Below, piece by piece: positions 17,911-28,043 of a stretch of 64,000 bases of DNA. The notes below the pieces were generated by a model. That model saw only the letters and a program-made list of their open reading frames with translations. It made no database searches and had not been told where the DNA came from. Positions within the stretch are counted from its first letter, which is position 1; each line of letters begins with the position of its first letter. Both the position numbers and the translations under genes were made by a program. The DNA is from Verrucomicrobiia bacterium. Its GTDB lineage: Bacteria; Verrucomicrobiota; Verrucomicrobiia; Palsa-1439. The stretch is from positions 67,661-131,660 of the forward strand of contig JBEKBH010000006.1 of NCBI GenBank assembly GCA_050015495.1, read 5' to 3'.

Positions 17911-19183
17911 CGGCCTGTCCGAGGGCCTCACGTTCATGCCGGAAATGTTGAAGCATTGCGGTCAACGATTCGTGGTCAGTAAACGAATCACCGGCGCGTA
18001 CGAGAGCGCATTCGGCGGCTCACAAGCCATTCGGGATGTGGTTCTCCTGCGCAACGCGCGATGCGACGGATCCGGCCACAACGCATGTGCGAAAGCATGC
18101 ATCCTGTGCTGGAAACAATCCTGGTTGAAACGGGTGGACAGAAGCGCCGTGGAACAGGCGATTGCCCCGCTGCTCGATCAATCGCCGACAGCGTTTCCTT
18201 ATCAGCTTGCGGACGGACGTTATCGCTGCCAATACGAATTCCCGGCAGCGCTGGGGAGCAGTGTTGTTCAACCCAAAGCGCGCGCGGAAGGGACGGGCCG
18301 GCTCTATCGAATGTCGGTGGATGAGTATGCGGGTTTGCAGCAGGCGGTCGGCGAAACACTCGTCTGCGTGGATGGGCACTGGTGGCGGCGGGTGCGGGCG
18401 TGTTTCTATCGGCCCTTGCTGCCATTTCAAGAATTCCCAGCCAGCTCACGAGCGATTCCGTGGGCGGCCTGGTGGGGAGTCGCGCAGCATGCCGTGCCGT
18501 GCGGCCAACAAGCCAACTCGACGATGAGTTTTCTGATGTTCATCGATGGCGCGGATTATTCCATCGACGCGCTTCGAAAGAAGCCGCGCCAACAGGTGCG
18601 CTGGGCCGAAAGAAAGTTTGTCGTCCACGATCTCGCCGACCGTGACGAATTCAAACGGCAAGCCTTTCCAGTGTACACGGAATTCTATGCCCGGACTCAA
18701 TACTATTACCTGGCGGGACGGTCGAAACGGGAGAATTTCGACCGCTGGGCCGACGCAATTTACGACTACAAGTCTTCGCTCATTCTTGGAGCGTATCGAG
18801 GGCCGCAACTTTGCGCGGTCAGCATTGCGCAGGCGGTTGAGAACACCTTGATTTACTCGACCATCTTTGCCACCGCCGAGGGGTTGCGGGATCACGTATC
18901 GAGTCTTTTATTGCACACCGTAAGAGGCAGGGCGAGGGATGATGGAGGTATCACCCAGGTGTACGCGGGAATGCCCAAGACATCCGAGGCGCACGGGATC
19001 GATGAATTTTCGATGCGGCGCGGGTGCCAGTTGGTGACCAAGCCCGCGTTCATGTGGTTAAATCCCGCCAGCAAGCTGCTGTTGCGCAGCCTGTTTTGGG
19101 GCCAATACGCGCGTTTGCGTGGCGACCAGAACGGGTCGGAGCCGGACTCGGTGAGCTCCGGCGAATCGTCATTAGCGGAATAG
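17825..19183 (+). CDS. Two-domain hypothetical protein. Cys-rich N-terminal domain of unknown function plus a C-terminal Acetyltransf_6/FemAB-like domain.
   Basis: N-terminal KLRPGDVVEVRPWPEI...CDGSGHNACAKACILCW has no family I recognise. C-terminal half has a GNAT/FemAB-like profile (..YYLAGRSKREN..LILGAY...DDGGI..). Confidence 0.5.
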   Translation: MSSSLEKLRPGDVVEVRPWPEIRATLDENGLSEGLTFMPEMLKHCGQRFVVSKRITGAYESAFGGSQAIRDVVLLRNARCDGSGHNACAKACILCWKQSWLKRVDRSAVEQAIAPLLDQSPTAFPYQLADGRYRCQYEFPAALGSSVVQPKARAEGTGRLYRMSVDEYAGLQQAVGETLVCVDGHWWRRVRACFYRPLLPFQEFPASSRAIPWAAWWGVAQHAVPCGQQANSTMSFLMFIDGADYSIDALRKKPRQQVRWAERKFVVHDLADRDEFKRQAFPVYTEFYARTQYYYLAGRSKRENFDRWADAIYDYKSSLILGAYRGPQLCAVSIAQAVENTLIYSTIFATAEGLRDHVSSLLLHTVRGRARDDGGITQVYAGMPKTSEAHGIDEFSMRRGCQLVTKPAFMWLNPASKLLLRSLFWGQYARLRGDQNGSEPDSVSSGESSLAE

Positions 19184-19278
19184 CTTCATCGTAGGCCATC
19201 ACAGAAGAACTACGGGCAATTCCCGAGATCACACCGAATTGTTAGCGCACCCGCTCAAGTAACGAGCAACAAACCTTC

Positions 19279-20289
19279 ATGATACTGCTACTGGGAGCCA
19301 GCGGTTATATCGGGCAGGCGTTTGCTGCGGAGCTGCGGCGGCGGCGCTATCCGTTCGTCCCGCTCACGCGGATGGCGATTGATTACACCCAGTTCGACAT
19401 CCTGTTCGATTACGTGCGCAAGATGAGGCCGAGCTTCATCATCAACGCGGCGGGATACACCGGCAAACCGAATGTCGACGGGTGCGAATCCGCCCGAGCC
19501 GAGACGCTGGCGGCCAACGCGCTGCTTCCCCAAACCATTGCGCGTGTCTGCCTGGTGACGAACACGCCGTGGGGACACGTGTCCTCGGGATCGATTTACA
19601 ATGGGGCGAAGGTGCTCGATAACGGGGGCACCCGAATCGAAAGCGACCTGAGCCGGCCGGAGACTCGCTGGCTGTTCGAACAGCACCCCGAGAGGTTCTC
19701 CGGGTTTACGGAGTTGGACGAGCCGAACTGTTCGTTCTTAAGGCCGCCCTGCAGTTTCTACAGCGGCACCATTGCCTTGGCGGAAGAAGCGTTGCGGACG
19801 GTCAGGGAATGCTATGTCTGGCGCTGCCGCATCCCGTTCAACGAAGACGATCAGCCGCGGAACTTTCTATCGAAAATCCAGTATTATCCCAAAGTCCACG
19901 ACAGCGTGAACTCGCTTTCCCACCTGGACGATTTCGCGCAAACCTGTCTGAATCTCTGGGAGCGGGGAGCGCCGTTTGGCATCTACAACGTGACCAACCC
20001 CGGCGCGGTCACGACGCGCCAGGTGGTCTCTTTGATTGAGCGGATCTTGAAACCCGGCCGAACGTTCTCGTTTTGGAAGGATGACGACGAATTCTACCGC
20101 GACGGTGCCACGGCGCCTCGCTCCAATTGCATCCTGGATGTCTCGAAAGTCCAGGCCACCGGGGTGCGGATGCGCTCCGTGCACGAGGCTCTTGAAGAAT
20201 CGCTGCGGAGGTGGCACGTCAGCAGCCCCATGACGTGGCCGGTCCGCCGTCCGTTGCAACCTGTTCGCCATCAACCTGTTCACCGCTAA
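19279..20289 (+). CDS. NAD(P)-dependent sugar-nucleotide epimerase/reductase (RmlD-like substrate-binding domain)
   Basis: Rossmann N-terminus MILLLGASGYIGQAF. The YxxxK-type catalytic region could not be fully confirmed. Family-level call only. Confidence 0.7.
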   Translation: MILLLGASGYIGQAFAAELRRRRYPFVPLTRMAIDYTQFDILFDYVRKMRPSFIINAAGYTGKPNVDGCESARAETLAANALLPQTIARVCLVTNTPWGHVSSGSIYNGAKVLDNGGTRIESDLSRPETRWLFEQHPERFSGFTELDEPNCSFLRPPCSFYSGTIALAEEALRTVRECYVWRCRIPFNEDDQPRNFLSKIQYYPKVHDSVNSLSHLDDFAQTCLNLWERGAPFGIYNVTNPGAVTTRQVVSLIERILKPGRTFSFWKDDDEFYRDGATAPRSNCILDVSKVQATGVRMRSVHEALEESLRRWHVSSPMTWPVRRPLQPVRHQPVHR

Positions 20290-20337
20290 AATAAAGTGAT
20301 AGAATCAATGACTGGAATACGATCGGAACGGATTATC

Positions 20338-21615
20338 ATGGTTGGCAAAAGATGGATTCTAAGCGGGTGGTTCGGGGGAGCGTTGTTTTGCCAGTTGACC
20401 CTCGTTGGCGGCACACAAGGGCAAGAGGTACTGACCCCGCGCCCGGTGATCTCAACGACACCACCGGCGGTCGAGGACGTCCAGACCAACAGCGCGGGGT
20501 TCATCGACTTCGGAAATGCGGTTCCCGCCGCCGCTCTTCAACAACAACCGTTTCAAGTGGGTCCGTTGGATCTGCACCCGCATTTTTTTTATCAGTTTCT
20601 GTACGCGACCGGGATCCAGTCCGCGCCGGGTTCGCCTCACGATTCGGTCATTCAGGACGTTTCCCCGGGCTTGCTGGTGGATCTCGGAGAACACTGGACC
20701 TTGGATTACACGCCGACGTGGACATTCTATTCCAACAGCCAGTCTCATAACACCAACCTGTTTCAGAACACCCTCGACCACGCGGTCACATTGAACGGCG
20801 GGCTTGCGTACGGCGACTGGCTGCTCGGATTCAACCAAACGTACACTCGATCGGACACGCCCTTGATTGCGACCGGCGCGCAGACCCTGCAAGAGACGTT
20901 CGGCACCGCCTTGACGGGGTCGTATCGGTTCAACACCGTCATATCCATGGATTTGAGCGCCAACCAAAACTTCACGTACACCGACAAGCTGACCAACTCG
21001 CGCGAGTGGTCGTCGCTCGATTGGTTGAATTACCAGTTCTGGCCCCGGCTGGATGGGAGCCTGGGCTTGGGTGGCGGCTATGACGCCGTGAGCGCGGGCG
21101 TCGACTCGGTCTTCGAACAGTACCAGGCACGGGTGAACTGGCGGGCGACGGACGTTACCAGTTTCCTGGTCCATGGCGGTCTGGAAGACCGGCAATTCGT
21201 CGATACCAGCGTGGGCGATCTGATCAATCCCATCTTCGATGCGCAGGTCAAATACGCGCCGTTCGCGGTTACGGCGATCGTGTTGGATGCCGATCGCGTC
21301 GTGTCTACGTCGCCATTTGAGAATCAAATCGTCGAAAGCACTGATGTCACGGCGACTCTGAGTCAGCGGCTCTTAAAGAAGCTCTTTTTGAGCGCCGGCG
21401 GCGGGTACCATTGGGACACGTATGTGTCCACGTCAAGCACCCTGAACACGAGTCGCCGTGACCAGAATTATTCGATCAATGCCAGTCTAACCTGCGTATT
21501 TCTCAAACACGGCACGGCGGCGGCAACGTACCAGCACAGCGAGAACTGGTCGACGCAGTCCGTCTTCGGATACAGCAGCAATCAATACGGGTTCCAGCTT
21601 GGATTCCAATATTAA
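20338..21615 (+). CDS. Predicted outer-membrane beta-barrel protein (EPS-locus associated)
   Basis: Signal peptide MVGKRWILSGWFGGALFCQLTLVGG. Alternating amphipathic strands. C-terminal aromatic residue (..QLGFQY). ORF could start at GTG 20296. Confidence 0.5.
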   Translation: MVGKRWILSGWFGGALFCQLTLVGGTQGQEVLTPRPVISTTPPAVEDVQTNSAGFIDFGNAVPAAALQQQPFQVGPLDLHPHFFYQFLYATGIQSAPGSPHDSVIQDVSPGLLVDLGEHWTLDYTPTWTFYSNSQSHNTNLFQNTLDHAVTLNGGLAYGDWLLGFNQTYTRSDTPLIATGAQTLQETFGTALTGSYRFNTVISMDLSANQNFTYTDKLTNSREWSSLDWLNYQFWPRLDGSLGLGGGYDAVSAGVDSVFEQYQARVNWRATDVTSFLVHGGLEDRQFVDTSVGDLINPIFDAQVKYAPFAVTAIVLDADRVVSTSPFENQIVESTDVTATLSQRLLKKLFLSAGGGYHWDTYVSTSSTLNTSRRDQNYSINASLTCVFLKHGTAAATYQHSENWSTQSVFGYSSNQYGFQLGFQY

Positions 21616-22558
21616 AACGGTTCCCTCATTGGAGGCGACGTCGGCGGCGGAGCAACACCCGGTGTCACTCGACCGCCCGGGATGGCCGAAGAATCTTGTC
21701 TGGGCGACGATCGTTCTCGTGGCCTGTTTCAGCGTGCCGTTGTTCCGTCTGGTGTGGTTCGCGGCAACCAGTGAGTTGTATTCCCAGTGCTTGTTGGTGC
21801 CGTTCGTGAGCGCGTACCTGGCGTGGTTGAACCGGGGCAACGTGTGGGGCTCTTCCGGGCCGAACCGGCGATTCGCCGTGTTCGCATGGTCCGCCGGGTC
21901 AGTTTTGCTGGCCGGATACTGGCTGGCCATTTGGTCCCGTTGGCCCATCACCAATCAGGATGGCCTGGCATGGACAATCTCGGCCTTCGTCTGCCTCTTT
22001 TTCGGCATGTGCGGCTGGTTCGCCGGCCGGGAAAGACTCCGCACCATGCGGTTTCCCTTGTGTTTCCTGGTGTTCATGGTGCCGTTTCCGATGGTGGTAC
22101 ACAATTGGCTGGAAGGCTTTCTCCAGCGAGGATCGGCGCTGACGGCCTATGGGTTCTTTCAGTTATTCGGGACGCCGGTCTTTTACAGCAACTTGAATTT
22201 CCAATTGCCGGGCTTTGCGTTGCAGGTGGCGCCGGAATGCAGCGGCATCCATTCCAGCCTGGTGTTGTTCCTGACCAGTCTGGTCGCGGGCCACCTTTTC
22301 TTGCGATCGCCATGGAAGGGGGGAATCCTGGCGCTGGCCGTGCTTCCACTCGGACTGTTGCGAAACGGGTTTCGCATTTTCGTGATCGGCCAACTATGCA
22401 TGCATATCGGGCCCCAGATGATCCATTCCGTGTTTCACCGGGACGGCGGCCCCGTCTTTTTTGCGCTGTCCCTGGTGCCGTTCTTTCTTCTCTTGCTTCT
22501 CCTGCGGCGATCCGAACAGGCGCCGGCGGGATCGACAGACCAACAACGGAGTTCTTGA
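21599..22558 (+). CDS. Exosortase (EpsH/Xrt family transmembrane transpeptidase)
   Basis: Multi-pass membrane protein with the conserved exosortase motifs QVAPECSGIHSSLVL and LRNGFRIFVIGQ. Start uncertain (TTG 21599 or GTG 21662). Confidence 0.85.
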   Translation: MDSNIKTVPSLEATSAAEQHPVSLDRPGWPKNLVWATIVLVACFSVPLFRLVWFAATSELYSQCLLVPFVSAYLAWLNRGNVWGSSGPNRRFAVFAWSAGSVLLAGYWLAIWSRWPITNQDGLAWTISAFVCLFFGMCGWFAGRERLRTMRFPLCFLVFMVPFPMVVHNWLEGFLQRGSALTAYGFFQLFGTPVFYSNLNFQLPGFALQVAPECSGIHSSLVLFLTSLVAGHLFLRSPWKGGILALAVLPLGLLRNGFRIFVIGQLCMHIGPQMIHSVFHRDGGPVFFALSLVPFFLLLLLLRRSEQAPAGSTDQQRSS

Positions 22559-22571
22559 CCCACACCCGTCC

Positions 22572-24173
22572 ATGACCACGACACACCCGAACACGCTTTG
22601 CTCCGGTTTCTTGCAGTCGGTCGAGAGGGTTCCGGACCGCCCGGCCCTGGAGGTCTCCGGCCAGTGCCTCACCTACGCGCAACTGTTCGACAACGCCGCG
22701 TCGCTGTCGGCCACGCTGGCCGCGCTCGACACGGCCAACGACCCGCCGTTGACCGCCGTCTTCGCGTATCGCTCGGTGACGGCATTCGCCGGTGTGTTGG
22801 GCGCGTTACTCCGGGGCCATGGATACGTGCCTCTCAATCGCACCTTTCCCCCGGACCGCACCCGAACCATGCTGCAACGCTCCGGTTGCCAGGCCGTGAT
22901 CGTCGATGCCCAATCGGAGAGCCAGTTGACCCAGGTGTTGGAGGGAGTTGACCAGACCCTGGTCATCGTGCTGCCGGAACGGGACGACGTGCGCGCGCTG
23001 GCCGCGCGCTGGCCAAACCATCGATTCATTGGCGCCCGTCAGCTGGCGTCAAGTGATCAGTGGCGCCCGGTGGAGACGTCCCCGAATTCCATTGCGTATC
23101 TTCTGTTCACTTCGGGCAGCACGGGTGTGCCCAAAGGAGTCATGGTCGCGCACCGCAACGCGAACCATTATGTGGAGTTCATCGCCAATCGTTTTTCGAT
23201 CACCCACGAGGACCGGTTTTCGCAGACGTTCGACATGACGTTCGACCTGTCGGTGGCGGACATGTTCGTGGCCTGGGAACGGGGAGCCTGTGTGTGCTGC
23301 CCGTCGGAGAAGACGCTCATCAACCCCGGGCGGTTCATCAACGACTCGCGCCTGACCATTTGGTTTTCCGTTCCATCCACGGCCGTGTTCATGAAACGGC
23401 TGGGGACCCTGAAACCGGGCCTGTATCCGCGGTTGCGGGCCAGCCTGTTTTGCGGCGAGGCGCTCCCGGCCGAGGTGGCGAGGGCCTGGTCGGAAGCCAC
23501 TCCCCATTCGATCGTGGAAAATCTGTATGGCCCGACGGAACTGGCCATCGCCTGTATGTTTTACCGGTGGGACCCGGCGCGGTCGGCCGCCGAGGCGGAA
23601 AACGGGATTGTCCCTATCGGCGAACCGTTCCCCGGCATGATCGCGCTGGTGGCCGATGAGACCTTTCGCGAAGTCGCGCCGGGCGAGGACGGCGAATTGC
23701 TCATGACGGGTCCACAGATGTCGCTCGGATACTGGCGCGATCCGGAAAAGACCGCGGCCAGCTTTGTCACGCCGCCGGGCCGGAGCGAGGTGTATTACCG
23801 CACCGGTGATCGCGTTCGCCGACCCGTGGACGGCCAACCGATGGTGTACTTGGGGCGAGTGGACAACCAGATCAAGGTCTTGGGCCACCGCGTCGAGCTG
23901 GGCGAGGTGGAGGCCGCGCTGCGCGAGCTGTCGGGCATCGATGGCGTGGCGGCATTTGGATGGCCGCTGGTGTCGGGTGGGGCCAGCGGAATTGAAGCGT
24001 TTATGCAGACCGAGAGCGTGGAAGCGGACGAACTCCTGAAAAAGGTCAGCTTGCGGCTTCCGCTATACATGGTGCCGCGGAAGATCCATTGCCTGCCGGT
24101 GTTCCCGTTGAACCCGAACGGAAAGATCGACCGGAAGGCTCTCCGGAAAGTGTTGGAGACTACCAATGACTGA
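22572..24173 (+). CDS. AMP-dependent synthetase/ligase (acyl-CoA/acyl-ACP ligase). Resembles the exosortase-system-associated acyl ligase.
   Basis: AMP-binding motif LLFTSGSTGVPKGVMVAHRN. YRTGD and GR..DNQIKVLGHRVELGEVE motifs. Confidence 0.85.
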   Translation: MTTTHPNTLCSGFLQSVERVPDRPALEVSGQCLTYAQLFDNAASLSATLAALDTANDPPLTAVFAYRSVTAFAGVLGALLRGHGYVPLNRTFPPDRTRTMLQRSGCQAVIVDAQSESQLTQVLEGVDQTLVIVLPERDDVRALAARWPNHRFIGARQLASSDQWRPVETSPNSIAYLLFTSGSTGVPKGVMVAHRNANHYVEFIANRFSITHEDRFSQTFDMTFDLSVADMFVAWERGACVCCPSEKTLINPGRFINDSRLTIWFSVPSTAVFMKRLGTLKPGLYPRLRASLFCGEALPAEVARAWSEATPHSIVENLYGPTELAIACMFYRWDPARSAAEAENGIVPIGEPFPGMIALVADETFREVAPGEDGELLMTGPQMSLGYWRDPEKTAASFVTPPGRSEVYYRTGDRVRRPVDGQPMVYLGRVDNQIKVLGHRVELGEVEAALRELSGIDGVAAFGWPLVSGGASGIEAFMQTESVEADELLKKVSLRLPLYMVPRKIHCLPVFPLNPNGKIDRKALRKVLETTND

Positions 24174-24483
24174 GATCCGTTCCGAACACGTGCGCGCGTT
24201 TCTGGTGGCGCAATATGCCGACCAGATCCAGGGAAAAGGGTTTGACCCCGACGTCTTGCCGGACGATTTCGATTTCTTGCTGAAGGGGGTCATCGATTCG
24301 CTGGGCGTGCTCCAGATGGTCGGCGAATTGGAAAAGAAGTTTCAAATTGAGCTGGATATGAGCAGCCTGGACCCGGAGCAATTGACCGTGCTCGGCCCGC
24401 TCAGCCGGTATGTTGCCGAGGCGGCCGGCCGCGACGGCAAAGGCGGTGCGCGCCCGGGCAACCAACACACGGGAGCGTCCTGA
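24166..24483 (+). CDS. Acyl carrier protein (phosphopantetheine attachment site)
   Basis: GVIDSLGVLQMVGELEKKF, the DSL motif of ACPs. ATGA overlap with the ligase stop. Confidence 0.7.
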   Translation: MTEIRSEHVRAFLVAQYADQIQGKGFDPDVLPDDFDFLLKGVIDSLGVLQMVGELEKKFQIELDMSSLDPEQLTVLGPLSRYVAEAAGRDGKGGARPGNQHTGAS

Positions 24484-24517
24484 AGGCGGCTTTCCCGTCC
24501 GTCCAAGGTATCGCACA

Positions 24518-25480
24518 ATGATTGTCCGTTATCCAACTCCCGGTGTGTTCCTCTGGGGACTGACCCAGAAGCTCGGGTCCGTCCGTCGGGATTTGTCCGA
24601 GTTGAAGGCGTCCGATCTGATCGGCAACCCGGTCGAAGAGCTGGCGAAAAACGGCTACCAGTTCAACCGCGGGGCCGGCAAGACCGAGGACCTGCTGTCC
24701 CTGGCGGCGGGGCCATTCGGGTTTCTGTTGAAGTGCTGTACGAACCCGAGCGCGGTTGTCGTTCACCACTCGTATGGGGAGAACGCGTCGCTCCCCAGGG
24801 AATCGGAAGACCGGGATTTGATGTCTCGGGCGACGTATTTCCCCGCGCTCCTGCTCCGGCAATTTGATGTGGATGACGTCCCGTACTTCGGTTCGTTTGC
24901 CAGCGGCTGCACCGGTTTTTTGTCGCTGGTGACGATGGGGGCCGGATTGCTGGGATCGGCCGAAGACCCGCCGGTCATCTGTCTCACCGCCGACGTGCGG
25001 CCCAAGGGAATGTGGTTTGACGCGGGGCGGGAGAAGATCCTGACATCGGATGCGGCGTCGGGTTTCCTCATGGGCCGTGAGCGAAGAGGTTTCCAGGTTC
25101 TCGGGGTCAATCACTATTCGACGGGTCGACGGCTGGTCCCGCTGGTGGAAATCGTCAAGCGCACCGTGCACATGACCCGGGAGTTGGCGGACCGAGTGGG
25201 GGTAGGCGGGCGGCTCGGCGAAGCCGTGGTTCATTACCCGAATATTTTCCCGCAGGCCTGGGACATGGTCAGCGGCTACCTCAAGGTCAGCCCCGAGCGA
25301 CATATTCTCGACCAGTTGGCCGAGCGGGCCCACTGCCTGAGTTCGGATTCGGTCATCTCGTTGGGAAAACTTCACTCCGGCAACGAGGGTCGGCTTCACG
25401 TGGTGGTGAATTTCGGCAGCGGGGTGCATCTGGGAATCTGCATTTTGAGCGAGGTCAAGGCACATGCACGCGCCGATTGA
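24518..25480 (+). CDS. FabH-like 3-oxoacyl-ACP synthase III family condensing enzyme
   Basis: Active-site Cys context FASGCTGF. Downstream HYPN and VNFGSG (His/Asn triad positions). About 320 aa. Confidence 0.65.
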   Translation: MIVRYPTPGVFLWGLTQKLGSVRRDLSELKASDLIGNPVEELAKNGYQFNRGAGKTEDLLSLAAGPFGFLLKCCTNPSAVVVHHSYGENASLPRESEDRDLMSRATYFPALLLRQFDVDDVPYFGSFASGCTGFLSLVTMGAGLLGSAEDPPVICLTADVRPKGMWFDAGREKILTSDAASGFLMGRERRGFQVLGVNHYSTGRRLVPLVEIVKRTVHMTRELADRVGVGGRLGEAVVHYPNIFPQAWDMVSGYLKVSPERHILDQLAERAHCLSSDSVISLGKLHSGNEGRLHVVVNFGSGVHLGICILSEVKAHARAD

Positions 25481-27311
25481 CGCCATGCTCCTGCGGGTGC
25501 CGGAGTCGGCCCGTCCCGCGGTGTCGGAAGCGCTGGGGGAGACGCCGACGTGGGTGAAACTGCGCCGGGCGAATGCCGCGCTGGAGAGGACCGAAGCCGG
25601 GCTTCGGGGACCCGAGGTGGCGGTCAATCTTCTGGCCAGCTTCAACCTGGAACCGATCGAGCCCGCGTTGCGTTTGGGATTGCAGTGTATTCCCTGCCGG
25701 CCACAATTGCGGATTGCGCCGCTGAACACCATCGAGCAAACCTTGCTCGACAAGGGGTCGCCAGTCTATCAGGAGAGCAGTTTGGCCACGGTGATCCTGT
25801 GGCGGATCGAGGAACTGCTGCCAGAGGTATTGCTTCCGTTCTCGTCCGGTGGCGCCGACGTCTTGAAGGGTCAGGTCGAACTCCTGTGGTCGAGAATCGA
25901 ACGAGTGTGCCGCGCCCATCGGGAGACGGGGAAATCACTCCTGTTTGTGTCGACGTTTCCGTCGCCACGCGTGGTCTCCGGGCTGGTGTTGAACTCCCCG
26001 TCGGTTCCGGGACCCACGAGCGCGGTCGCGGAACTCAATCGTAAACTGTATGAACTGGCCGCATCGGCACCGGGGATTCACGTATTGGATCTGAACTGGT
26101 GGGCCGGGCAGGAAGGGGCCAGCGCCTTCGACCCGTTGATGGAGCACATGGCCCGGCAACCGCTGAGCCTGCGGGGAGCGTTGTCGTTGGGGTTGTTCGT
26201 GGCGCGTCATCTGCGGCCGTTGCTGGTGCCCCGGCGAAAGGTGCTGGCGTTGGACCTGGACAATACCTTGTGGGGCGGGATCCTCGGCGAGGACGGCATT
26301 CATCATCTCAAACTAGGGCACGATTTTCCCGGGAACATTTTCCTGCGCATCCAGCGCGAAGCCCGCGAACTCAAGAGCCAGGGTGTGCTCCTGGCCTTGC
26401 TATCCAAAAATGACGAGACTGAGGTGCGGCAGGCATTCCGGGAATTGCCGGACATGGAGCTAAAGTGGGAGGACTTCGTTAGCCGACGGGTCAATTTCAA
26501 CCACAAACACGAGAGCCTCCGCGAGATGGCGGAGGAATTGGGGTTGGGGATCGACAGTTTCGCGGTGTTGGACGATTCCGACTACGAACGGGAACAGATC
26601 CGCATGTTTCATCCGGAAGTGCTCGTCATCAACCAACGGAGCGACCCGCTCCACATGCTTCAGGCGCTGCAATCCACCGACGCCTTCGACGCCTACGCGG
26701 TGACCGCGGAAGACCGGGGACGACATCGGGAATATGAGTTGCGGGAAATGCGCCGCACGCAGGGACGCGAAACGAACCTGGAAGAGTTTCTCCGGTCCCT
26801 GCATCTCCAGGCGACAATCGAATCCATCCACGACGGGAATGTGGACCGCGTGGTCCAGATGCTGTCGAAGACGAACCAGTTCAATCTGACCACGCGAAGA
26901 CATCGACTGGAAGAGTTGAAAGCGCTGGTGGCGATACCCGGCAGCGTCAGCCTGACACTGCGGTTGTCCGACAAATTCGGCGACCAGGGGATCGTCGGCG
27001 TGTTACTGGCGGTTCCCGCCGATGATGGACGGCGGCTGCGAATCGACAGCTATCTGGTCAGTTGCCGGGCGTTGGGCCGCGGGGTGGAGGAGTTTCTCTG
27101 GGCCGAACTGGCGAGACAGGCGCTGGACCACAAGATTCACGGGATCCTGGGCGAGTACATTCCCACGCCAAAAAACGGTCTGGCGAAGGGATTCTATGAC
27201 AAGCTGGGGTTCACGCGGGTCGAGGAAAACGCGTCGATGACCCGATACCTCATAGAACCGCTGACACCGGTCGAGCCACCGGTCTGGTTGGCCAGCAACG
27301 GAGGACAATGA
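25464..27311 (+). CDS. FkbH-like protein (HAD-superfamily IIIC phosphatase domain plus C-terminal acyltransferase-like domain). Glyceryl-ACP-forming enzyme family.
   Basis: HAD motif I LALDLDNTLWGG. Motif ...LLSKNDE.... FkbH-like C-terminal region NQFNLTTRR...DKFGDQGIVGVL. Confidence 0.7.
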   Translation: MHAPIDAMLLRVPESARPAVSEALGETPTWVKLRRANAALERTEAGLRGPEVAVNLLASFNLEPIEPALRLGLQCIPCRPQLRIAPLNTIEQTLLDKGSPVYQESSLATVILWRIEELLPEVLLPFSSGGADVLKGQVELLWSRIERVCRAHRETGKSLLFVSTFPSPRVVSGLVLNSPSVPGPTSAVAELNRKLYELAASAPGIHVLDLNWWAGQEGASAFDPLMEHMARQPLSLRGALSLGLFVARHLRPLLVPRRKVLALDLDNTLWGGILGEDGIHHLKLGHDFPGNIFLRIQREARELKSQGVLLALLSKNDETEVRQAFRELPDMELKWEDFVSRRVNFNHKHESLREMAEELGLGIDSFAVLDDSDYEREQIRMFHPEVLVINQRSDPLHMLQALQSTDAFDAYAVTAEDRGRHREYELREMRRTQGRETNLEEFLRSLHLQATIESIHDGNVDRVVQMLSKTNQFNLTTRRHRLEELKALVAIPGSVSLTLRLSDKFGDQGIVGVLLAVPADDGRRLRIDSYLVSCRALGRGVEEFLWAELARQALDHKIHGILGEYIPTPKNGLAKGFYDKLGFTRVEENASMTRYLIEPLTPVEPPVWLASNGGQ

Positions 27312-27556
27312 ACGCGGAGACGGATCGATTGCGGGACCTGTTGATTGAATTTTTTGAGCTTCCCCCGGATACGATGGCGTCGGACATCGTGCAGGAGCGG
27401 ATTGCGAAATGGGACTCGCTGGCCATGGTACAATTGATCGCGGAGCTACAAACGGTATTCGGCGTGGAATTTGACGTGGACGAAATCGACCGGCTTACGA
27501 GCTGCTCGCAGATCGGTGAGGCGCTCGGCCGCAAAGGGGTGAAGGTCTCACGATGA
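27308..27556 (+). CDS. Acyl carrier protein (second ACP)
   Basis: KWDSLAMVQLIAELQTVFGVEF, the DSL phosphopantetheinylation motif. 82 aa. ATGA overlap with the FkbH-like stop. Confidence 0.7.
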   Translation: MNAETDRLRDLLIEFFELPPDTMASDIVQERIAKWDSLAMVQLIAELQTVFGVEFDVDEIDRLTSCSQIGEALGRKGVKVSR

Positions 27557-28026
27557 GAATTGTTCTGCTATCGGGATTGAAGAATCGAATCCTGCAAATC
27601 CTCGCGAGAGTATCGCCGGGGGCCAGCAGTATTCGCGTCTGGCTGCATCGGTGGCGCGGCGTGAAAATGGGCAAACGCGTGTGGATCGGCTACGATGCGA
27701 TCATCGAAACTGAACATCCGTATCTGGTGGAGATCCGTGACGACGCCGTGGTCGGGATTCGGGCAACCATTATCGCCCATTTTCGAGAATCAAAAGGGGT
27801 CGTTATTGAGGAGGGCGCGGTGCTCGGGCCGGGAGTGATTGTGTTGCAGGGAGTCACCGTCGGCAAGGGCGCGGTGGTGGCCGCCGGCAGCGTGGTGACC
27901 CGGTCGGTGCCGCCGATGACGATGGTGCAGGGCAATCCCGCCAAGCCCATCGCCAAGCTCGGGCAGATGTTGACCCGGACCACAACCCTCAAGGCATTCT
28001 CCACGAGTCTTCGGCCACTGTCGTAA
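27553..28026 (+). CDS. Hexapeptide-repeat (LbH) acetyltransferase (WcaF/MAT-like)
   Basis: GAVLGPGVIVLQGVTVGKGAVVAAGSVV hexapeptide repeats. RBS gaagg. Confidence 0.75.
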   Translation: MRIVLLSGLKNRILQILARVSPGASSIRVWLHRWRGVKMGKRVWIGYDAIIETEHPYLVEIRDDAVVGIRATIIAHFRESKGVVIEEGAVLGPGVIVLQGVTVGKGAVVAAGSVVTRSVPPMTMVQGNPAKPIAKLGQMLTRTTTLKAFSTSLRPLS

Positions 28027-28043
28027 CCCGCCTGGCTATTCCC

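Noticed and set aside
24401-25753. 450-aa minus-strand ORF antisense to the FabH-like and FkbH-like genes
   Set aside because: Same artefact class. Arg/Pro-rich with no domain signature. The sense genes are well supported and translationally coupled.
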